From Centroscyllium fabricii (taxonomy: Eukaryota): a stretch of DNA of 64,000 bases. Below the pieces are notes generated by a model, which did no database searches, had not been told where the DNA came from, and worked only from the letters and a program-made list of their open reading frames with translations. A program made the position numbers and the translations under genes. The number at the start of each line of letters is the position of its first letter. Position 1 is the stretch's first letter. Of this stretch, positions 11,092 through 24,780 are shown one piece after another. The stretch is from contig JBNRSN020000009.1 in assembly GCA_051313645.2 (NCBI GenBank), positions 78,864,001 through 78,928,000 on the forward strand. Direction: 5' to 3'.

Positions 11092-13639
11092 CTGAAAAAA
11101 CAGGGAAAACAGCCGTCAGAGTCAGTCTTCGGCCACGGTCACCGATTATGGAGACTGTAGCTCAATGCCTGGGGTGCACAGCAGTCTTAAGCAAAGGAAA
11201 GGTGTTGGGTATAAGGTCTCCATAGTCAGAGCTCTGGATTTTTTTTATCATACACCTTATCTGGTTTGTAGTCTCATGTTATGTAACACTTAACAATTCA
11301 TCCGACTGCAAAGGAAAAGTTTTTGAAATGACTGGAGAACAAGTATGTTTATTAAAAGTGTATGGTAAAAAGTAACCTGGGTTTATAACCACAAGGGTAT
11401 GTGCGGTTATTTTATGTTGTGATTTCATGCATACTTCAAACCATGTCTCTCAAAAACAAGAACCAGCTGCTGGGATCAGGTGGCTTTGTGGTAACTAGTG
11501 GTGAGCGAGGGTTTGCTGTTCCCTTGAACTGTAACAATTCAGGCCACTCGGCCAATAGCTGTCATATTTTGGGGGATTATGACTAGATAATTTTGAAATA
11601 TTCAAATATGCTTCTCCACAGAAAATTCTGAACTGCACAGGAATATGTAGGCTAGTTATGACCAATATCCTTTGATGAAACGTACCCATGTAATTCAGAG
11701 TTCTAGTAGCTTGGCTTCACTGTGAGATTTGAAACATATTTTCTTGTCTCATGAAATGCATCCTCGCAAACCACTAATGCCAACACTGTACTTTTTTTAA
11801 GATGTTGTACACACCATGCATTACCATTACTGCTGGCATCATCTTCAGAAACAACATATGGCAGTGTGCGTTTCCAATGTGATGGATGCCAGCTGCACTG
11901 AAGTAATGAATGCTTCAGAGCGTGGAGAAAGCTACCGTGGGATGAGACTATATCCCAGCATGCCAAGGTAACCCTCACCTTGTGGGAACTCTGTGGTGAC
12001 AGGAACATATTCCTAAGAGGGCTCATTTGTTTTTGGGACTCTTATCAGTTGTCTACAGAAATCTCAGTTAAAGTAATTTAACTATTGCATGAAAGGGATT
12101 GAAAATATTGCATGAAAGAGGTTGGAAATAGTCCAGTTCCATTGGAAAGATATAGAATCAAGCATTTTGTAGTCTACTTAATTTTGACATAACATATCCA
12201 TGTCACAACAAAGCGCTTTCTGTGAGCATACTGAAGTTTAATGCCATTACTTCCGGAGAACCAAGAACACAACCACACAGCCAAGAATTATGAGCTGTAT
12301 ATGTCATCAGCCTAATTTCTCTCAAGCACTATAAAAAGTACACTCCCTCCTCAATACAACAGTCCTTGGAAGCCAAGTATTGTGCATGTCATAATGAGTT
12401 GCATGCTATACTGAATGTCTCATAGTATAAAATGTATCACAAATAAATTGTGAGTCAATGTTCAGTAGCCTGATGGCAGAGAGAGTGCTAGAACCGAGAG
12501 CCTTGTACTGAGGGTGGGGTGCACGCTAACAAGATTTTATTGTGGTTGTTGACTTAGCTTCCCTGTGATGATTGATCCATATCTTTCCAAACTATCACAC
12601 AGCATGCAAACAGAGGAAAATGGAAAAGGATTTACGCTTTCCATTTTCATATGTTTCCTAATCTAGTCTTCCATATAGTCAACCTGGCATGAAAGTGTTT
12701 TTCCTTGTCTTTGGAATGACTCCACTTTGCAGTGCTGTATACCATGCTTTGAGCAATTTAAACACATTTAAACTGTTAAATGTGCATACAGTTAACAACT
12801 TTACACATCACTTTGTTAAAATGTTTCCTTTTAAATAATTCAAATTAGGGCATTTACAAAAATGCACAAATACAAGGGATCAACCTTCTTTGGGCACTGA
12901 AACTGAAATGTTTTGTTCTTGTATCTAGTTGCTTAGTTCCTAATTATACAGTAGTGCTATTGCCAGCCATTCATTGGTGCAGTTAAACCACTGGATAACA
13001 CGTCTAACTCACTGAGATTTAGGGGTACTGAATTCTGCCTGTGGTATAACCAATAAAATGTTAAAGCTTTTGGAGGTACTTTTGATGATCTGTGAGACAT
13101 TGAGCAATAAGATATTTATATCTCAAGTATGGCTATGAGGGGCTGTGCTAGTATCGCATATGTTTTAAATAAATGTGGGTGATTAATAAAGTCTGATACA
13201 ATATATCCTGATTATTGTGAGAGACCTGCTCCGTTGTATATTGCCTAGTATATACATGAAAGTGAAAAACACTGCTGAGAGAATCTTCCACCCTCAAGAG
13301 ATGCCGGTTTCCCTGAATTTTATATTTATAAGCTACAAGCTTCTAAAATTTATACTGTTTCCAACATTTGAGGAAAAAATGCTTGTTTCAAAATTTAATT
13401 AAAAAAACACTATTTGTAAATGAGGAAAGGGCAATGTTAACTATTTAAGTATACAAGCACATTATTAGCTATTTTTCCCGAGAAATCTTAAAAGGACATC
13501 CCCACTGAAGGGTTAATGGCATCCTGGTTTGGTTTATTCTACCCAAATTCTTGATTGAAAAAAACAAGTAAATAAAGGACAAATTCATGCCAGTTTACTA
13601 TAGGTGACAAATCAGACCTAACGTGTATTGAATACACAC

Positions 13640-13774
13640 TCAGCGTCATATATAGTAGCGATCCATGACGAAGCAGAAAAACTAGGCATTTGTGGGAGGT
13701 TAACTGGTAGATTTGGTACTTTGGGGAGATTCACATTTGGTAGATTCACATTGGGCAGATTACTTGTTAAACTC
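13640..13774 (-). CDS. CADPS: CADPS cassette exon [44 protein letters not shown]
   Basis: cacag|GAGTTTA...GACGCTGA|gtgtgt; 135 nt, phase 2-2; the NLPNVNLP repeat points to CADPS rather than CADPS2. Confidence 0.93.
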
Positions 13775-14556
13775 CTGTGGAAGAAACAGACAGAAAGAAA
13801 ATACCATAACAGTGACAATGTAGATGCAGATGTGGAAGCATGTGACACCTCTAAATAAATCTGCAAAACTATCAAAAAATTCACAGCAATAAAAAACTAA
13901 TTACAAAAGAAATCGTCTTATTTAAGCATGTGTATGTTAGATGCGAGCTTGCTGTGGATTTTCTGAGTGTTGCAACAGCAAGAAACAAGCAAAGTCAGAG
14001 AAAATAAGGAAGAGAATACCACACATCAAGAAGCTTAGACGCAAAAGAAAGTAGATTATTGACAGAAACAAAAGAAAAAGCTTGTGGCATGAAATATGTT
14101 ATTACACTTAAATAATCACTAAATGAAAACCATCTTTTTGTTTATTCACAACTTCCCTGAATGTGGAGTACTCTTTGATTTGTGTGCACAGTTACCTGCC
14201 ATTATAAGCACCCATCCCATTAGTAAAATATGTTTTATTTAACATTATAGGCATAGCAAAAAACATTGTCTACTCCCAAGTGAAGTCGCCCCCCCCCCAA
14301 AAAAACTGTACAGATATACAGAAATGCAGAAAAAAATTCAACCATTGTGTTGTAAGTAGGCTAAGGAAATCTCTTATTCTAGAACGGTTATCAAATTAAT
14401 ATTTTTTGCTAGGGATGTATTTAATAATCATGATTAAATGGATAATGAGGATCTTTGTGTATTAATTTGTAACGGGTAACTAATCATAATAGGTTTATTC
14501 ACATGCAAGGCATTGTTCATGGAAATGGGAGTTAAATACAATAATTCAGAATTTAT

Positions 14557-15351
14557 GGGGGTGATTTGGCTGGAGGTGCAGGAACCTGGCGGGGATTGGT
14601 CGGGGCGGGTTCCAGACCCGCCCGGCCAAGGGCCTGGGAAGCCCACACTATTTTAGCCTAATGACTCAATTAAATCCCCGCGTGCGGGGTGCCTCTGCTA
14701 ATTGCAGCAGTCCAGTCGGCAATTACGCCGCTGAAACGGCATTGCAGGAGGTTTTCTGGGAGATGCGGGAACTGTTTGTTTACAGTTCCCATGGAAACAA
14801 TCCACTGTGACATTACAGTGGAGTGGAACCAATGGGAGAAGCCAAGTGCTGTTGAGTGACAGGTGGGCTACAAATCTTTGACAGATAGCCAGCGTCTGTC
14901 AGTCAAGCTGGAAAGATACGTTTTTTAAGTTTTTGCCCACAGCTGGTGCTGAGACGAGGGAGTGACTTACTCCTCCAGGGTGGTGAAGGCCTGCGAAGCA
15001 TTTTGCTCCAGGTCCTTCAACACCTTGAAGGAGAAAGTTAGCAGCACCAGTGTGCTCTCGCTAGGTTTTCACTAGCGAGGTTTTAGGATGGCGGGGTTTG
15101 GGTGGGAAGGGGGTGAAAATGGCTAAGGGCCCTTAAAATGGCATTACAGATGCCAATTAAGGGCCCTTAATGCGCTGACAGACCATCCCCGCCGGCCGTT
15201 GGCGGGAAAGATTCGGGGCGGGTGGACAGGGCAGGGGAAAATGCTAAAGCAGCAGAGATCTGGCGGGGGGGGGGTCGCGACCCGCCGGTTCCGCTATTTT
15301 CCCGTCCGACCCGCCGAAAACCCCGCCTCACGGGGCGATGAAACCCCCCCC
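14557..15351. mobile_element. Harbinger-type non-autonomous element (family A), TSD TAT
   Basis: tat|gggggtgattt ... aaacccccccc|tat; inverted homologues at 30196 and 46310. Confidence 0.85.
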
Positions 15352-17869
15352 TATATGCCTTTAAAAAATGCTAAATTTGCACAATATAATGAAATAGCTG
15401 CAAATCAAAATCTTTGCCATGTCAGAAGAGCACAAGAATAAATCACTAATGGAGTGAAATACAAACATTCAAAATTCCCAGCCATGTTAGCAATAACCCT
15501 TACCTTTAACCTTACTTGGTATTTAAAAACACAAACAGTACATATAATTCTGATCAAATTGACTATAAAACAACCAAAAACACAGTAGGAATGGGTACTG
15601 GATTGGAACCAGAACAGCCAAGTAACAGTAACCTTTTCACATTACCACATTTACAGTCAATAAATTACATTCATAGTATCTGCTAGTGGAAGTCTTTACC
15701 ACTAGAAATTCAGCCAGTATGGGTTTTCCATCCGTATTACTTTAATAGCATTATTGATGTGATGATGCTAGAATGTGCCTGCTCTTACACTAGAGTTAGC
15801 CTTTCATCTGCTGCATGTCTCCAGGCAATGATGGACCTCACTTATGTGAGAGATCAACTACACTGGAGTAAATGGTATACACCTGAGTATTTGGATTTAA
15901 AAAGTCTGAAGTTTAGCACTGCGTAAACACTGAAGACCTTGGACTTATACCCTGAGTTCAAAGAAAAGGAATTAAACTGGGAACCGTAAGGAGCAGCTTG
16001 ATCAGTCTCGGCCTCCAGTGCTCTTGACATTGCAGGTCTTAAAGCAGCAACACTATTTTTTTATTCAAAAAGCCAAAAATAAAGGCCAGCTTCTTTCTTA
16101 GGATGAACAGTGTCCTAACAGCAGCTCAGGGATCAGTCGCATCAGGTTTTTAATGGGGCAGTTTGCCTGTGAACGACACCTGTCGCTGTTAGTCTGGCTG
16201 CAATACCACGACATTCATTTGTATGAAATTTACATCACTGTGCCCTCTTCAGGCACAATCAGGGACAGACATCAGGGAAACCACAGAGGAAGTTTGGCTG
16301 CAGTACCATTTAGAGGCAAAATGAGAAAGGAATCAGTACCCAGGTTTTCTCTGCATTATTACCATTTTTGAGATACTATTTGGCAGCAGGGCAGAGGAAA
16401 ACAGACTCCAATGGTCCTTTAAATAGGCAAAAACGGCATGGGTTTCACATTAGTTTGACAGTATTGCCGATAAAACACTGGGTCTTTAAATTGTAAAGTA
16501 ACAGCAGATTGTAAAGTAGTTTAACAGCATCACATTGAGATGCATTACAAGCACTGCTCGGACATCTAATACTCAGCTATGTAATCAGAAAATGTACCCT
16601 ATAAGCAAATTACAACAATACTTATATGTAGAGATGCCACAAATAGTTGTGCCAACTGTCAGTTTGCATGCATTTCATTACCAACACTCAGTTAATGTTC
16701 ATTTAATTGAAAGCTTTAGACATACATATATATTTAAGACAAAACAATTCTGCATTTTATCTTAAAGTTTGAAATAACGTACTGTATCATTTTCCTGTTT
16801 GCTTACCAAAACAACACGAATGAAAGCTTTACCCAAATGTATCCAACCAATTTATGTCAAGGGTAAAAATATCAAGTACTTTGGGTATTACTGTATTCTC
16901 AGAGGAAATCAGACTACGAGTGGGTGACTTTGTAGCATGACTACACCATGAAAATGATAGCTCCCATCATACCTACACAGATCAATAGCACAAGCAAACA
17001 ACTGGGTGTGATTTTAACCTTACCCACCTGGCAGAAACTGGGCGGGTGAGCAGTTAAGATGCCCCAGGTTACTTACCAGTTGGAAAGTTGCCCGGATCAC
17101 GATGACTGCGGTTTTTACTTAGCCTTTTGTAATGGGTGGCTAAAATTGGTAGGGGCCTCTGATAAGTATGCCGATCGGGGTCTGATGGCTTCATCGGATC
17201 CTAACTGTGATTTTTAACTCATGCCTGAGCAGGAAAGTGGCCGTGGTTTTCCCGCCAGGCTGGTGAGTCAGGACCTGCCGAGAAGGCCGACTGCTGGTTA
17301 GTTTGTTTTTAGTTTTCTAATTGTCTTTTCTCCTATTTTCCTGAAATTGCTGGCTCAAGCTGGTGCTCGATTCCACATACACTGTTCATCTTCTGAGATC
17401 TTATCCAAATGGCTACTCTTCATGCGTGAATCTTGACAATGTGTGCTGGCAGGCTTATTATTCATGGAGCAATCGTAGTCAATTCCCAGTCCTGTCTTTA
17501 CTTGACTTTCACTCACATATGCTTGCAGCATGAATTACTGGATAGTGATCCAGGAACTCTGGTTAACCATTCCCCTCCCTATTTAGGGACAAGAATGGCA
17601 ATTGTAGCCCCCAATATAAGATCAGCAAACTCAGCAGACTAGTCATCATTAATTTTATTTGGCAGAATTTATTGGCCATCCTTAGTTGCCCCGAGGGCAT
17701 TAAAAGTCAACCACGAAATGTGGAACTGGAGTCACATGTAAGCCACAGTGAGCAAAGGTGGCAGATTCCCTTCCCTGAAAAACATTAGTGAATCCGTTGG
17801 ATTTTTACAACAAATCAGCAGCTTTCATAGCCACTTTTGCTGCTTGTCTGCAAATCATAGAATCACAGA

Positions 17870-19160
17870 AAATTACAACGCAGAAGGAGGCCATTTGGCC
17901 CATCATGCCTGTGCTGGCTCTTTGAAAGAGCGATTGTGCTTAGTCCCACATCCCGGCTTTTTGACCATAACCCTGTAAGTTCCTCATCCTCAAGTATCTG
18001 TCCAACTCCATTTAATTTTATTTTTAATGAAATCAGCTTCCGCCACCTTTTCAGGTCGAGTGTTTCAGAACCCGACAACTCTGAGTGAGAGAAATTCTCA
18101 TTTCCGCTCTAGATCTTTTGCCAGTGATTTAAAATCTATGACCTCAGGTTATTGACCCACCTTATTTAACCACCTTATCAACTTGCCACGCCACCTTTAA
18201 GGATTTGTGTACACCAAGGTCTCTCTGCTCATCTACACTTTTCAAAATCATGCCATGTATAATGTACTGTCTTTCCATATTAGTCCTCCCTAAGTGCATC
18301 ACTTCACATGTCTCCATATGCTTTTGCCCATTTCACCATCTTGTCGATGTCATCCTGAATCCTCATCACTATCTACTACATTGCCAAGTTTCATATCATC
18401 TGCAAACTTTATAATGCTGCTCCCTACACCCGAGTCTAGGTCGTTTATAAAAATTGAAGAGAGTAATGGACTCAAAACTCACCCTTGGGGATCACCACTG
18501 TAAACCACCTCACAGTCTGAAAAACATCCATTCACCACCATCACCCTCTGCTTCCTCTCACTGAGCGAATTTCATATACCACCACTTTCCCCTTAATTCC
18601 ATTGGCTTCCATCTTCTTAATAAGCCTCCTGTGTGGCACTTTATTGAATGTCTTCTAAAAGTCCATATATACAATATCTACTGCACTACCTTGATTACCT
18701 TCTCTGTTACCTCATCAAATAATTTAATCAAGATGGTCAGACACAATTTGCCTTCAACAAATCCATGCTGGTTCTCCATGATTAACCCATGCCTTTCCAA
18801 ATGAAAGTTCATTTTGTCCCTGATAATGGTTTCCAATAACTTCCTCACCACCAATGTTAGGCTGACTGGCCTGTAGTTTCCTTGTTTAACCCTCTTCCCT
18901 TTCTTGAATAATGGTATAACATTAGCAACTCTCCAGTTCTCCGGCACTACTCCTGAATCCAATGAGGATTCTACCTTTGCTTCTATCAGCAACCAGCATT
19001 CCATCTGGACCAGCAACTTTCAGTAATGATAATCTTTTTAGGTCTTCTCTATCTAGCCCATAACTTCCCTCTCCTTTTTTAGTGTAACCATCACATCATC
19101 CGCTTCCTTTGTGAAGACAGCTGCAAAGGACTCACTTAATACTATAATAGCCATGTCCTC
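17870..19160 (-). mobile_element. Decayed CR1 LINE
   Basis: ORF 18678..19016 WRVANVIPLFKKG...NYRPVSLT...QHGF. Confidence 0.88.
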
Positions 19161-19559
19161 TGCCTCCACATGAACAATCAGATTTATTGAATTTAGTTTC
19201 CCAACTTTGCAAGATTTGAACTTAGAACCTCTGGGTTGCTAAGTCAGTGGCATTTCCATTAAGCCGCTGTGCCTATAGATAAGCAGGACCTTGCTGGCTG
19301 TATTGACTCCGTTTCATATTGGGAAGTTTGTTTACTAACTGAGTCGTTAGAGAAACATGAGAGAATTTTGCCAATGTAGTTTGTATCTGCTTTACTCTCA
19401 TTTGCACTTTTACTGGGAGGAAGATACATGGACGTATTAATGTACTTTGCTAAATGTTTTAAAGTACAGAACAAATCTGCAAAAATATATATATTTTGCA
19501 TGAATTTTGCATCTTCTTTGCATCTGAGTTTCCACTGTGCAATACGTAACTAGAAGCAT

Positions 19560-19741
19560 GGGGGGTAATTTCCACTTTGGGTGTGAGTGGTAAACTGGTG
19601 GTTGTGGATCGGCTGCCCATTATACGCCCTGTCCGATTTTCATTTCTGTTGACTTTAATGAAAGGAAAGTTGGGCTGAGGTTATAACGGGTGGCTGATCT
19701 GCAACCATCACTTTTCCACTCCAAAGTGAAAATTACCTCCA
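19560..19741. mobile_element. Short palindromic Harbinger-like MITE
   Basis: gggggtaatttccactttgg ... ccaaagtgaaaattacctcc inverted termini. Confidence 0.7.
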
Positions 19742-20128
19742 TACTTTCTAATTTAGGTATCTTAATGTGTCGCTACTTTACATAATTCAATGGTTTTACG
19801 TTGTGCTTAATTAAGTTTGCTAAATGCAGTTTTAAAACTTAGTCAGGCAATCTAGGTGTGAAATACTTAAAGGAAAACTCCAGGCTATATTCGAAATTTT
19901 CACTTTTAAGTTTGTGATCAGAACTTCAGTATTTTACCTTCAAAACTCACCCTCTTCTCTTTTTTTTAAATTTAAATCTACTGGTAGCAGTCATTTCTTC
20001 CTTTTCCATCAAATTACTTTCATAATATATCTCACACTACTAACAACATGAATTTTATTGGCATGTCTGCACCCAGACTTTCCAACCCATATGAATCTGC
20101 GTTCTGATTACGTCAACTGAGACACATA

Positions 20129-23002
20129 GGGCCGGAATTTGCGGTCGGAGCCGTACCTCTGGAGTATACCTCCGACCCGACTAAAGAAAATCCGCACTAA
20201 TCTGCTGGCTCCCGGGCTTCGGAATTTATTTTAGCTCAGGTGCGGGCTATTTTCGTGTTCCCTGAATTTCGTGTTTCCCACACGAATCTAAATGGATCTG
20301 GGAGACTGATGCAATTTTAACTCAATTGGCCAATTGATTTCCAACATGTGGGAAGCCTTTGCAAAGGAATTTTTCATGACTGAAAGTCCCCTCCGGTGAT
20401 GTCATCATCGCTGCTGCATTTAAGGTCTGCAACAAGCCTTGCTTCTTCTGCAGACTGCCAACCTTTTGCCCTTTCATGCCAGAGGGACCTGGAGGCAGAA
20501 TGACCATCGAGAGACCTAGGTCTGCTCCCAGGTTTTCTGACGCTGTCCTGCAAGCTTTAGTTGAGGGAGCAAGAGCTCATAAAGAGGTGCTCTTCCCTTC
20601 TTCAGGGAGGAAGAAGCCTCCCCAGCAGACCAAGGCTCTGTGGATCCAGGTGGCAGAGGAGGTCAACTCATTATCAGTACCCCGCAGAACCTGGATTCAG
20701 TGCAGGAAGAGATTTCATGACCTTCTGCGCACTGGAAAAGTGAGTATGGATTTCCCATCACCCTCAGTCTGATCCCCATTGCCTTTCCTCACCAGCACTC
20801 AGCTTCAGCAATCTCTTCCTCCACATCCCACTTGACACTGACATCCATGCACCCTTATCCATGCCCTTTCTCTCTATGGTCACACTCACGTAATTATTTG
20901 GCTATGCAGCCCTCACACTCCCCATCACTGTGATGCTATGAAACCAACTGACAACACACAGGGAGGGCCCTTGGTCTTGCCACTTCACTCCATCTTTGTC
21001 TCCTTCTAAGTATCTATGCTATGGAATCTCTACACTCACTCCTTCATTCTCACTCAACCTTCACTTGTCTCCCTCATTGCAGGAAAAGAGAGCTCACAAT
21101 AAGTGAGAAAGAGCGAGGACAGGAGGAGGGCCACCCTCACTAGCCCACCTCACCCCCTGGGAGGAGGCAGACCTGGAGATCGTAGGAGTGGAGGAAGATG
21201 CGCAGGTGTGGGATGGACAGACGGGTGCATCACAGCAAGCTGGTGACAGAATAGTTTTCCATCTCTCTCATTGACATTGCATGAGTCGCTGATAATGATT
21301 CTGAAGTTCTAACAGATAGACTTATGATCATCTGCAATATGTATATAACCTTGGCATCACATTTCTGACTCTTTCCTTTACTCCCCCACAGGACCATTGC
21401 AAGCAGCCATCCCCACTAGCCAGGAGGAACAGCCTGAGCATCCAGACCCCTCACAGGAAGCTGCAACCTCTGATGGCGCAGCGTCAGCAGAATGTTGCGC
21501 AACCAGCACCAGTGCAGACACTCACACCTCGGTGGGACCTTCGGGACATAGAGTAGTGTTGTCACTTGGTGTATCACAGCTCACAAGTGAGTATCAACAG
21601 ATTGTGGAGACAGGGACAGCAGTGGAGAGTGCTAGTCAGAGGGTGCAGAACACTGCCAGCACGGCTCAGTTGCATGTTGACACTCTGCCTCTCGGTCCAT
21701 CCATAAGATCAGCGGTGCTGGAACTCCAGGAACAGATGCAGGAGTCTCTGGCAGGTTTTGTCTCCAGGGTCGATGCGAGTGTGGAGCAAATGGAGGAGTC
21801 CATAGTGAACATGAGCAGAGCCTTTGCGGAGTCATTGGCGCATCAACGCATCACCATGGAAAGGATGGCAACCTCCATGGAGGAGATAAGTCATCAGAGT
21901 GCAGAAAAGATGGTGAGTGTTCATAATAGAATGACATCTCTCGAGGAGCGATGGTCATCTATTGAACAGAGAAACCAGACCTTCATGGAAGTCCTTCTGA
22001 GTAGGACTGCCAGTGCAGATACAGGTCCCCATGGCCCCCTGATGTGCCGCAAGGTACTCTCAAGCCACTTCCAAGCGCTGGCACCTTCTGGCCTGTGCAG
22101 CTTCAGGTGGGTGAGCAGCAGCCTGGCGCTCCTGTTGCTGCTGCTGTTGCTCCTGATTCTGCTGGTGACGTGGCTGGTGTTCGAGCTCATCTAATGCCCA
22201 GAAGGGAAGGAAATGAATGGCTCCCATGCTTCTGGTATCTGACTCCGTTGAGGAAGCACTGAGTGAAGGTGGCGAGAGGGGTTTCCCAGGAGGTCACACT
22301 GGAGATGGGTGTGAGGCTCCAACCTTCCACTGGTGTGGTTAAACCTTCTAAAAGTTGCCCCAGACCTGAGACCACTAGGTCCTGCCACCTGCAAATCATG
22401 GCTGATCAAATCTCCTCTTTAATGGTTGACCTGCAGTTGATAGTCAGCAATCCAATAGTGCTCCCGCCAGGTTTCACAGTCGTGATTCCCACCAGGCGTA
22501 TTTTACGTGGGAAAAGTGTTAAAATTGCAAGGGACTGTTAAAATGGGATTATAGAGGCCATTTAGTCATAATTAAGGGGCTTAAAGACCAGTACTCCCTA
22601 TTGGATACGGGACGGAGTCGAGACCATCAGACACGCCTGATTGGAGTCGGGAAACAGTCGGCGGGAACCCCCCCGCAGTTTTTGCAATTTTAACCCCCCG
22701 CGCACCTCCAAGCCTGCCTCCACGGCTCAGTTTAAATTGACTTCTTTGGGTCCTGGACCTGCAGGCATATGCCTGCGTAAAGGCCCACAGATCCCAGGGA
22801 TGCAGGCGGTTCAGAAGTGTCCCTAGGTTCAAACAGCCCAACTCTGCGTCAGCGGAGGTGATATTTGGGTTGGTGCGGTAGATCTGGCAAGGCGTACCTT
22901 GACGGATCGCATGTGGAAACCTGAAACTTGCGGTGCCTTTTACAAGGCTTGCGAAGGCGTACACTGTGCGCACGCCATCATGGGGAACGGAAAATCCAGG
23001 CC
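20129..23002 (+). mobile_element. Harbinger derivative copy 1 carrying a Myb/SANT gene
   Basis: Termini gggccggaattt / aaaatccaggcc; inner 20225-22740 is homologous to 58303-62022. Confidence 0.85.
20500..22194 (+). pseudogene. Three-exon Myb/SANT-like (MSANTD/Myb_DNA-bind_5 type) transposon gene: exons 20500-20739, 21083-21242, 21392-22194
   Basis: APRFSD..L..LVE, W..VAEEVNS, RTW.QCRKRFHDL, then EKRAHNK*ERARTGGGP; GT-AG introns in matching phases; stop at 21104-21106. Confidence 0.85.
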
Positions 23003-23249
23003 TGTATAAGTTTTCAGTTATGCTCCCATTCATGGCAAATACAGGTTTTGACTGGCTTTGTTTTGGCACACATTTTTCAGTGTACCACTGGAGTTTCTGC
23101 ACTATAGCACCACGGTCCTACAGTGTGGCAGGTGAAACCGAGGGGTGTGGCAATCAATCCACTAACGAAAGTTTACTTATGCCAAGAAAACATTCTGGGC
23201 AATGTGGAAACAACCAAAACACAATCAGAAAAATGAATCTAGCAAACTG

Positions 23250-23890
23250 AAAACTTGTATTCGCTGCTCCCCAATGTCTCCTCTACATTGGGGAGACCAA
23301 ACGTAGATTGGGTGACCGCTTTGTGGAACACCTCCATTCAGTCCGTAAGGGGGACCCCGAACTCCCAGTCGCCTGTCACTTGAACTCTCCGTTTCACTCC
23401 CACTCTGATCGCTCTGTCCTTGGCCTGTTGCATTGTTCCTCAGAAGCTCAGCGTAAACTCAAGGAACAACACCTCATCTTCCGATTAGGCACTTTACAGC
23501 CCTCCGGACTCAATATCGAGTTCAACAGCTTCAGATCATAACTCCGGCCCCCATTTTATTATTACCTCTTTTTATCCACAATGTTTATTTGGCCTTTCTT
23601 TTCTCTATCGTGGCAGCCACTTCTTGCTCTGCCAGTGTTTTCACACCTAATCAACCACTGTCTCCTGTCCAGAGTCTCGTCTCACTCTTTTCTCTGTGCT
23701 GTCTCTCTTTGTTCCTTTCCCCGCCGCACCCCACCACCACCCCTCCCCCCGCCGCCCTCCCGCTTGTGTTTCATTCCCAAGCTTCAGTTTTGATAAAGGG
23801 TCCGAACCAGAAACGTCGACTCTATTTCTCTCCACCGATGCTGCCTGGCCTGCTGAGTTTATCCAGCATTTTCTGTTGTCTTTTTTAATT
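23250..23890 (+). mobile_element. Penelope-like retroelement 3' end (GIY-YIG endonuclease plus terminal repeat)
   Basis: LYIGETKRRLGDRFVEH...LIFRLGTLQPSGLN; degenerate hammerhead-like motif near 23790-23820. Confidence 0.9.
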
Positions 23891-23970
23891 CTACAACCTG
23901 GAGTTTTCCTTTAAGTTGAATGCTGATAGTTAACTTAACTTTGTATCAAGAAGTACAGTTGGAAGACTAT

Positions 23971-24659
23971 AGGGGAAAAATTTGGTTGCTTGCACCAGCC
24001 GTTAGCGTCCTAAGAGGGCTGCTAATGGGGTACAAGGCACCTAGCGTCTGGGCTGGCGCCTCCCGCGATACTCAGCCCGTGGCGCCGCGCCGCTGGTCGA
24101 TGATGTCATCACCGTGCGCAATGCCCCACTTGTGCCCTGGCCGCGAACTTGGGTCGCGCCCGCTGACGTACCGCCGGACGCTGTCACCGACAGGGTCAAG
24201 GGGATGTACCTGCAGCCAGGGCAGCACTATTTAAAGTGGGGGGGGGGGGGTTGCCGGACGGCCATTTTTCTTGCTGGCCGACTGCCAGCACCTGCCCCCT
24301 CTGCCGTCCCCGACCTTCCCCGATGCCCCCCGCGGAGTGCTGGCTGTGCTCCGTGAGCCCAGCATTTCCCTCGGGGGCAGGTCTCCTTTGGCGGCATTCC
24401 GAGCCCCGGCGGTCCAACGGGGCTCCGGGCCGAGCTAGGCCACTCCCCTTTAAGAAGGGGAGTGAGGCCTGCAGTACCGCGGCATGGCGCTGCGGCAAGC
24501 AGTTGCCCGAAATTGAGTGGTAGCGCCCAAAGAACGAGCTGGGGCGCACGCAGTAGCACCCCACCTCCTACTTGGGGCACTAAAACCCAATTTCCCGCGG
24601 ACCGGCGCTAACTTTATCGGGGCGCTGCCCCAAACGGGGCGCAACCCAATTTTTCCCCC
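23971..24659. mobile_element. GC-rich Harbinger-type MITE (family B), TSD TAT
   Basis: tat|aggggaaaaatttggttgc ... gcaacccaatttttccccc|tat; internal similarity to 44949-45686. Confidence 0.85.
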
Positions 24660-24780
24660 TATGCTTGTTCACATAAAATGTGATATCGTGGCAATGGCTG
24701 CAGCCAATTTAGTCACCACTTGTGTAAATCTTCATCCATCAGCATCCAAACCCAAAATATATCAAATGAGGTGTCCTTAC

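Noticed and set aside
22080-22194. Hydrophobic LLLLL C-terminus of the 265-aa ORF as a transmembrane anchor
   Set aside because: Better explained as the antisense reading of a CAG-rich (poly-Q) stretch on the opposite strand beyond a deletion junction.
23785-23822. Active hammerhead in the Penelope end (also 33410-33445 and 47775-47810)
   Set aside because: Catalytic core mutated (TTGATAA, GAAT and TTGAAGA respectively).
23971-24659. Overlapping ORFs in GC-rich blocks (also 34137-34935, 44949-45686) as genes or a CpG-island promoter
   Set aside because: Bounded by TIRs and TSDs; the ORFs arise from stop-poor GC-rich MITE sequence.
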